From a virus (lineage: Duplodnaviria > Caudoviricetes): 64,000 nucleotides of DNA. A program made the position numbers and the translations under genes. This document shows positions 58,908 through 64,000 of this stretch, in pieces (position 1 is the stretch's first letter; each line of letters opens with the position of its first letter). Location: the IMG/VR virus record IMGVR_UViG_3300033121_001619, positions 1 through 64,000 of that record. The stretch is one strand, 5' to 3'. Under the pieces are notes generated by a model. That model was not told the origin of the DNA and did not search any database. It was given only the letters and a program-made list of their open reading frames with translations.

Positions 58908-60178
58908 GTGTTCTTCCTGAAGATGGCGACGGAGCGCTTCCCCTGAAGGACGTCGTCGATGCGGTCGATGTTCTTCGATACCACACGGAACGACTCTTCT
59001 GCAGCCTGACATGTGACCCGTATGTCGTGGTCGGAATGCGCGAAGTTGACGTAGACGACGTTACCGAACAGGATGCCCCTCCTCACCATCTCTTGGTAGA
59101 AGAGGTCCTTCATCCCGCCCGGGTCCTTGTACTCCGACGTGAATGTGAGGTTGTGACGCGGAGCAGAACCTGAGAAGTTGATCGATAGGCCATGAGACTG
59201 TGCTGCCTTACGAATGCCCTCGGCCAATTTGTCTCCTCTCTGCCAGAGACTGTCGTAATCGACGTCATGACCTAGGACCCGGATCGTCTCAGTCGCAGCT
59301 GCCAATGACAGACACTCTCCGCCGAACGTCATGGAGAAGAATGCTGTGTCCAGCTCCTTCATGTACTCCTTCTTACCACAGATCGCAGAGAGAGGCATGC
59401 CATTCGCCATCGCCTTCCCGAGACACGTCAAGTCAGGAGTCACTCCAAACTTCTCCTGTGCTCCTCCCAGCGCCCACCTGAAACCCGTGACGATCTCGTC
59501 GAAGATGAGGACGGATCCATACTTGTCACACAGACTTCTGACTCCCTCAAGAAAACCCGGCTCGGGAGGAGTCAAGGCTTGAGGCTCCATGATGACCCCG
59601 GCGACGGGATTCGCCTTCAGGACGTCCTCGAGTGACTGAAGATCGTTATACTTGAACTCGTGTACTAGCCGTGAGAGACACGATGGAACGCCGTAAGGAC
59701 GAAGAGTGATGGCACTCCAATCGTTCCAACCGTGGTAACCGCACATAGCGATGTGCTCTCTCTTCGTGTATGATCGAGCAATCCTGACGGCAGCCAGAGT
59801 GGCATCGGTACCGTTCTTGGCGAACCTCACCATCTCGGCTGACGGGACGACGTCACACACTTGTCTAGCCACCACGGATTCCAGCGTAGTAGGCAAGGAA
59901 AAGACTATCCCACAGTCGAGCTGCCTCTTGATGGCCTGGTCGACCCTTGGGTCGCAGTATCCCAGGATGATGGGACCCAGGGCACAACTGAAATCGATGT
60001 ACTGATTCCCGTGTAGATCGACGATCGTGCATCCCTTTCCTCGGGCCGCGAATTTGGGATGAACTCCGTCAACATACTGATCGGGACACTTGCTCATTGT
60101 CTGAGTGCCACGGGGCATGAGAGCCATCGCCCTATTCCACAACATGTCATCGTATTCTCTGTCTATGAGCGACATCAT
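58904..60178 (-). CDS. class III PLP aminotransferase (GSA-aminomutase-like)
   Basis: FAKNGTDAT, GYHGW, LIFDEIVTGFR, GKAMANG. Confidence 0.9.
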   Translation of the reverse strand: MMSLIDREYDDMLWNRAMALMPRGTQTMSKCPDQYVDGVHPKFAARGKGCTIVDLHGNQYIDFSCALGPIILGYCDPRVDQAIKRQLDCGIVFSLPTTLESVVARQVCDVVPSAEMVRFAKNGTDATLAAVRIARSYTKREHIAMCGYHGWNDWSAITLRPYGVPSCLSRLVHEFKYNDLQSLEDVLKANPVAGVIMEPQALTPPEPGFLEGVRSLCDKYGSVLIFDEIVTGFRWALGGAQEKFGVTPDLTCLGKAMANGMPLSAICGKKEYMKELDTAFFSMTFGGECLSLAAATETIRVLGHDVDYDSLWQRGDKLAEGIRKAAQSHGLSINFSGSAPRHNLTFTSEYKDPGGMKDLFYQEMVRRGILFGNVVYVNFAHSDHDIRVTCQAAEESFRVVSKNIDRIDDVLQGKRSVAIFRKNT

Positions 60179-60996
60179 TCCTCCGGGCGAGCAAGGGCGA
60201 GAGAAGAGTACAGAGAAAGACAGTCTTCGTAAGTGTTCCGAGGTCCATTCTCCAGGACATCCTTCCACTGTCTCTCATACGATGAAACTACGTCGTCTTT
60301 CGTCACGTGTATCATCTCGTGGCCACCAGACTCAGTCAACACATCGATCCGCCTGATGTATTCCTTGCTACCGTAGGAGAGACAGAGAGTAGCGAGACAC
60401 GTCGGATGACGCCAAGAGGCCACGCAAGTATCAGTCGAGTCGACGGTCACGTTTTCGTGCATCCTGTCCTCGATCAGAGAGACAGACGATATGGGTCCCA
60501 AAGCGTGAGTCATGTAGTCTGGTTCGTGTATGAAATCCATGAGTACGCCGCCACCCAATTGTCGATGGAACGAGTAAGCCCTGCGAAGCGGATCGTTCCT
60601 CCACGAATTGAGGTCGGAAGCAGCGAAGACGTTGACCAATCTCGCTGAGTCCGAGACGTCTCTTAGACGTCGAACGGCATCCGTGTATCTCACGTTGCAA
60701 CCCACGTGTATTCGTCGTCCTGAGAATGTGGATCGTCTCGCTCGGATCGCCTCGACGTCCGTGTGAAGTGGTTTCTCGACGAAGACGATGTCGCAAGAAT
60801 CGACTAGCCTCTCGACGTCGTCTAGATGTGACGACGTCGGAGTGGCCACTATTCCAACGTCAAACCTCCCCCGGGGGACGACGTTGAAGCCCAGGAATGG
60901 GTCGTATATGCGAAACTGGGATCTCGGGACCAAGCGTGAAAGAATGTCGTGGTGTCTCCTGCCTATGCTACCGTGACCCAATATGACGACTCTCAC
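60175..60996 (-). CDS. Gfo/Idh/MocA oxidoreductase
   Basis: GHGSIGRRH, VFVEKP, GGGVLMDFIHE. Confidence 0.88.
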   Translation of the reverse strand: MRVVILGHGSIGRRHHDILSRLVPRSQFRIYDPFLGFNVVPRGRFDVGIVATPTSSHLDDVERLVDSCDIVFVEKPLHTDVEAIRARRSTFSGRRIHVGCNVRYTDAVRRLRDVSDSARLVNVFAASDLNSWRNDPLRRAYSFHRQLGGGVLMDFIHEPDYMTHALGPISSVSLIEDRMHENVTVDSTDTCVASWRHPTCLATLCLSYGSKEYIRRIDVLTESGGHEMIHVTKDDVVSSYERQWKDVLENGPRNTYEDCLSLYSSLALARPEE

Positions 60997-61724
60997 GACG
61001 ACCCCGACTCGAGTCTACATCGGGAGAGCTCGTCCCATCTGGTAGACACTCGAATAAAATCTTCCATCATGTCGATGGAGTATTTGGAATCCGGCGAAAC
61101 GAAGTTTCCTGCCGCGTCGAATATCTTCTGACGAGCGATGCTGACTCCGTAGTCCCTCGATCTCATCTCCGCCGTGACGTGTTCTCTCCTGGGATCCTTC
61201 GGACCCATCCGGATGGCGGAGTCGATCAGATGCGTCGTCTGAAACACTTCGACGTCGAATCCATCGGGAACGTTCGTCATGGATAGACCGGTCACGGGAT
61301 GATACATCACGTTCGTGGTGATCACCTCTTCGTCGGCGGGAGGACGAGCTTCATGACAGTCCACGACGTCTCTGATCAAGTCAGGAAAAAGAAGCGGACA
61401 ATCAGCGGTGAGTCTCACTATGGTCTTTGGACGAATCTCTAGCGCGGCGGCGACGAATCTAGACGTCACGTCGTCATTGTCCACATGATCGTATGACAAG
61501 ACACTGACGTCTAGGTGTCGTCCACTGTTGTAGTAGACGTACCTGTTCACGTGTTCGAATTCGGAACGATCGCAATGTGGCACGAGAAGATACGTGGGTA
61601 GGCCTGCGGCTATAGCTGCCCTACAAGCGTGCACGAACAGCTGAGATCTTCCCAGGTGTATAAAAGACTTCCTGGGAAGTCTCCTAGACCCAAGTCTCGC
61701 TTGGACGAATGCGACCGTCGTCAC
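60993..61724 (-). CDS. cytidylyltransferase (SpsF/NeuA-like)
   Basis: QARLGSRRLPRK, VRLTADCP, GFDVEVF, REHVT, SID..ED. Confidence 0.85.
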   Translation of the reverse strand: MTTVAFVQARLGSRRLPRKSFIHLGRSQLFVHACRAAIAAGLPTYLLVPHCDRSEFEHVNRYVYYNSGRHLDVSVLSYDHVDNDDVTSRFVAAALEIRPKTIVRLTADCPLLFPDLIRDVVDCHEARPPADEEVITTNVMYHPVTGLSMTNVPDGFDVEVFQTTHLIDSAIRMGPKDPRREHVTAEMRSRDYGVSIARQKIFDAAGNFVSPDSKYSIDMMEDFIRVSTRWDELSRCRLESGSS

Positions 61725-62764
61725 TTACTCCTCCGAGTGAATTGTGCGATCATGTCTTCGATGGGTCTCATGTCTTTCGAAGACAGGAGGCACTGTGCGT
61801 CGTTCGATGAGTACGACGTCATGGGAAAAGACTTCGGATACATCGACGTGAGACGCTCGACGAGGTCCGACGACCACTGTGGATTCTCCGGGCGTACCAC
61901 GTAGATGTCTCCAGTCGATGTCGACGTCCGAGACGTCTCATAGTGAGTGAGGAGAGACTCGTGTGTCTTCTCACCTCCTCGTGATCCGACGACGACGTAT
62001 TTGAATGGTCTATCGTTCCACCGATATATCGACTCGACGACGTCGAGTGTCGTCGCCGAATTGATCTTTGGCACGAAGATCTCACCACCGATCATGTTCT
62101 CGACGGCGTATGAAACGAGACGTGAGGCAGTCCGGATGGTCATCCAGAAACGAGTCATCTCAGGATCAGTGATCGTGAAGGTGTCGTCATCGGAAAAGTT
62201 TCGAAGGTTTTCCTCGACGGTCTCCACGATGCTACCGCGACTTCCGATGATGTTACCGTACCTGACGCAGGAGAGACGCGTGGCCCTCGAGAAAGAGTTC
62301 GCTCCGATGAAATACTTCTCGGCGAGATTCTTCGTCGAACCATAGACGTTGATGGGATCGACGGCCTTGTCGGTCGACACGTGGACGACCTTCTTGACTC
62401 CCATCTCTACGGCAGCGTTGCACACGTTCATGGAGCCGAGGACGTTCGTCTTGATAGCCTCTTGTGGATTGTACTCACACACGGGAACGTGCTTCAACGC
62501 AGCTGCATTGATCACGACGTCGACCCCGATGAATGCAGTCTTAAGTCTATCCAGATCACGAATGTCTCCCACCAAGAAGTTGACCTTCGACGCCCTGTCT
62601 CCCAGGACGGTTCGAAGCTCCCTCTTCATGTTGAATTGCTTGAACTCATCGCGACTGAAGACGACGAGCTTGTCGAACTCGTCTATGTTACGCACGATGA
62701 ATTCCCTACCGAACGTCCCCGTTCCACCCGTTACGAGGACCGTCTTCTCACGATGTCCGCCCAT
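61721..62764 (-). CDS. pseB: UDP-GlcNAc 4,6-dehydratase (inverting), PseB/FlaA1-like
   Basis: TGGTGTFG, SRDEFKQ, AALKHVP.CEYNP, STDKA, YGSTK, RYGN..GSRGS, MTRF. Confidence 0.9.
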   Translation of the reverse strand: MGGHREKTVLVTGGTGTFGREFIVRNIDEFDKLVVFSRDEFKQFNMKRELRTVLGDRASKVNFLVGDIRDLDRLKTAFIGVDVVINAAALKHVPVCEYNPQEAIKTNVLGSMNVCNAAVEMGVKKVVHVSTDKAVDPINVYGSTKNLAEKYFIGANSFSRATRLSCVRYGNIIGSRGSIVETVEENLRNFSDDDTFTITDPEMTRFWMTIRTASRLVSYAVENMIGGEIFVPKINSATTLDVVESIYRWNDRPFKYVVVGSRGGEKTHESLLTHYETSRTSTSTGDIYVVRPENPQWSSDLVERLTSMYPKSFPMTSYSSNDAQCLLSSKDMRPIEDMIAQFTRRSK

Positions 62765-63693
62765 GTCTCCCTCACAAATGAATCGATCGTCGATTGATCG
62801 AACGGAGTCGATTCAATGGTAGTGAGACTCAGACCTCCCATACAAATGAAGTCGACGAATTGATCGACCTTCGACGTCTCCCATCGCGTATACCGATCAG
62901 ACCAGACAGGCTTGGTGTAGGACGATGAGTACGAGGGCGCCGTGATATCGTGAAAATCTCTGACGTGAATGAGATCGGTGTAAGCAGAAGTCCCAAAACC
63001 AACGCATGCAGTCGAGGCTGCTGGTAGGAATATGGACTCACTCGGATACCAGACGTCGTCATAGTACGAAGCCGACACGTCACTCGGAATGGATTGATTC
63101 TTTCGGCGCTGTTTCACGTACGTTGGCTGACCCGTCGACCTCACGGCCTCATAGACTCGACGAAACAGCGACTCATGCCCCTCTTCTGGATAGAAAAGCG
63201 TGATGCCGGGCTGAATCGTCAATCCTCGTCTTTCAGCGTACGTCACCGAGTCGGACCACTCCCATATCGAGGGAGGGATAGGAGAACACACTCCCTTGAC
63301 CCCGATCGTTTTTCCGGCGGCGAGGTGATCAGCATCAGTGAAGACGTACGTGGTCCTGTCGTCGGAGTTCCTTGCCAGCGTGAGATAGTCGTATCCATGC
63401 TGGATGCTGACTCGCATGTCGTAATCGGGTTGCGAGACACACTCGACGCAGAAGACCTTTGAGACTCTTCTGACGTGTCGCGTGTCGATCCGCGTGAGAT
63501 CGTTCTCAGCGCATATCTCTTCGAAACGTCGACGATGACGATCGATCGAGTTGTATTTGGTCGACCTAGCGTCGAAAGTGATGGGAACATCGACGTCGAA
63601 TACCCGACGTATCGTCTTGACGACAGGAACGGCGTATCGGAGACTAGTCATGTCTCCGACGTGAAAAGCTACGTCAAGACTTACGTTTGCCAT
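62731..63693 (-). CDS. hypothetical protein, possible nonulosonic-acid transferase
   Basis: IQHG motif and GT-B-like layout; position in cluster. Confidence 0.45.
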   Translation of the reverse strand: MANVSLDVAFHVGDMTSLRYAVPVVKTIRRVFDVDVPITFDARSTKYNSIDRHRRRFEEICAENDLTRIDTRHVRRVSKVFCVECVSQPDYDMRVSIQHGYDYLTLARNSDDRTTYVFTDADHLAAGKTIGVKGVCSPIPPSIWEWSDSVTYAERRGLTIQPGITLFYPEEGHESLFRRVYEAVRSTGQPTYVKQRRKNQSIPSDVSASYYDDVWYPSESIFLPAASTACVGFGTSAYTDLIHVRDFHDITAPSYSSSYTKPVWSDRYTRWETSKVDQFVDFICMGGLSLTTIESTPFDQSTIDSFVRETWADIVRRRSS

Positions 63694-64000
63694 TTAGGAA
63701 GCAGTATTTGTACGACCGTTCGCCCCAGAGTTCGAGATCGAATCGTCTCGTCAGCATGTTGATCGCGTAATCGATGTTCATGTTGGGAACGTGCTCGTTA
63801 TGGACTTCCATCACGAAGGACTCCACTTTGTCGAAGAACCCGGTGTCGATGAGCTCGTACTCACCTCCCTCGATGTTCACCTTCGCGAAATCTATCATGA
63901 CGGGAAGCACGGATCGATGATCGTACGTCTTCACGGGTGTCGGGATCGAAGGCCCATACCGACCGGATCGATCGCTGAAGAGGTTTCCTGATTGGTCATC
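63674..64000 (-). CDS. FkbM-like methyltransferase (partial, runs off window)
   Basis: FAKVNIEGGEYELI...FVMEVH. Confidence 0.6.
   Translation of the reverse strand, partial: DDQSGNLFSDRSGRYGPSIPTPVKTYDHRSVLPVMIDFAKVNIEGGEYELIDTGFFDKVESFVMEVHNEHVPNMNIDYAINMLTRRFDLELWGERSYKYCFLNGKRKS

Noticed and set aside
1-64000. Genome-wide reassignment of UAA
   Set aside because: Long genes are intact under code 11 and several end in TAA; only two early in-frame UAAs were seen, both in one operon.

Overview
A 64-kb segment of a large, GC-rich tailed-phage (jumbo/myovirus-like) genome; a myxobacterial-type host is inferred, not proven. 1-27.5 kb is mostly + strand small accessory genes: oligoribonuclease, PRAI-like TIM barrel, DUF3310, FGE-sulfatase lipoprotein, SNase, DUF4326, DUF5131, ADP-ribosyltransferase, Pth2-like, SLOG, endolysin, receiver domain, sigma70-like factor, ATP-dependent DNA ligase and a vWA/metallopeptidase. 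27.5-52 kb is a - strand tail/baseplate module (FN3, tail fibre, LamG, gp6-like, gp25, gp5-like, gp55-like sigma) interrupted by a + strand NADAR gene. 52-64 kb is a - strand glycosylation cluster (two GT4 enzymes and a nonulosonic-acid pathway). Top finding (13776-14733): a promoter drives a leaderless leader ORF with UAA at codon 4 followed in frame by an RGPP arrest-like motif, then a coupled gene, then a Pth2-like gene that also has UAA at codon 4, then a tRNA with anticodon UUA (ochre suppressor). This looks like a suppressor-tRNA-gated operon. Also found: a 249-nt group I intron in a glycosyltransferase gene next to a decayed Vsr-like endonuclease, and an apparently split sigma70 factor. 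All family calls come from motif recognition by eye; no database searches were run.
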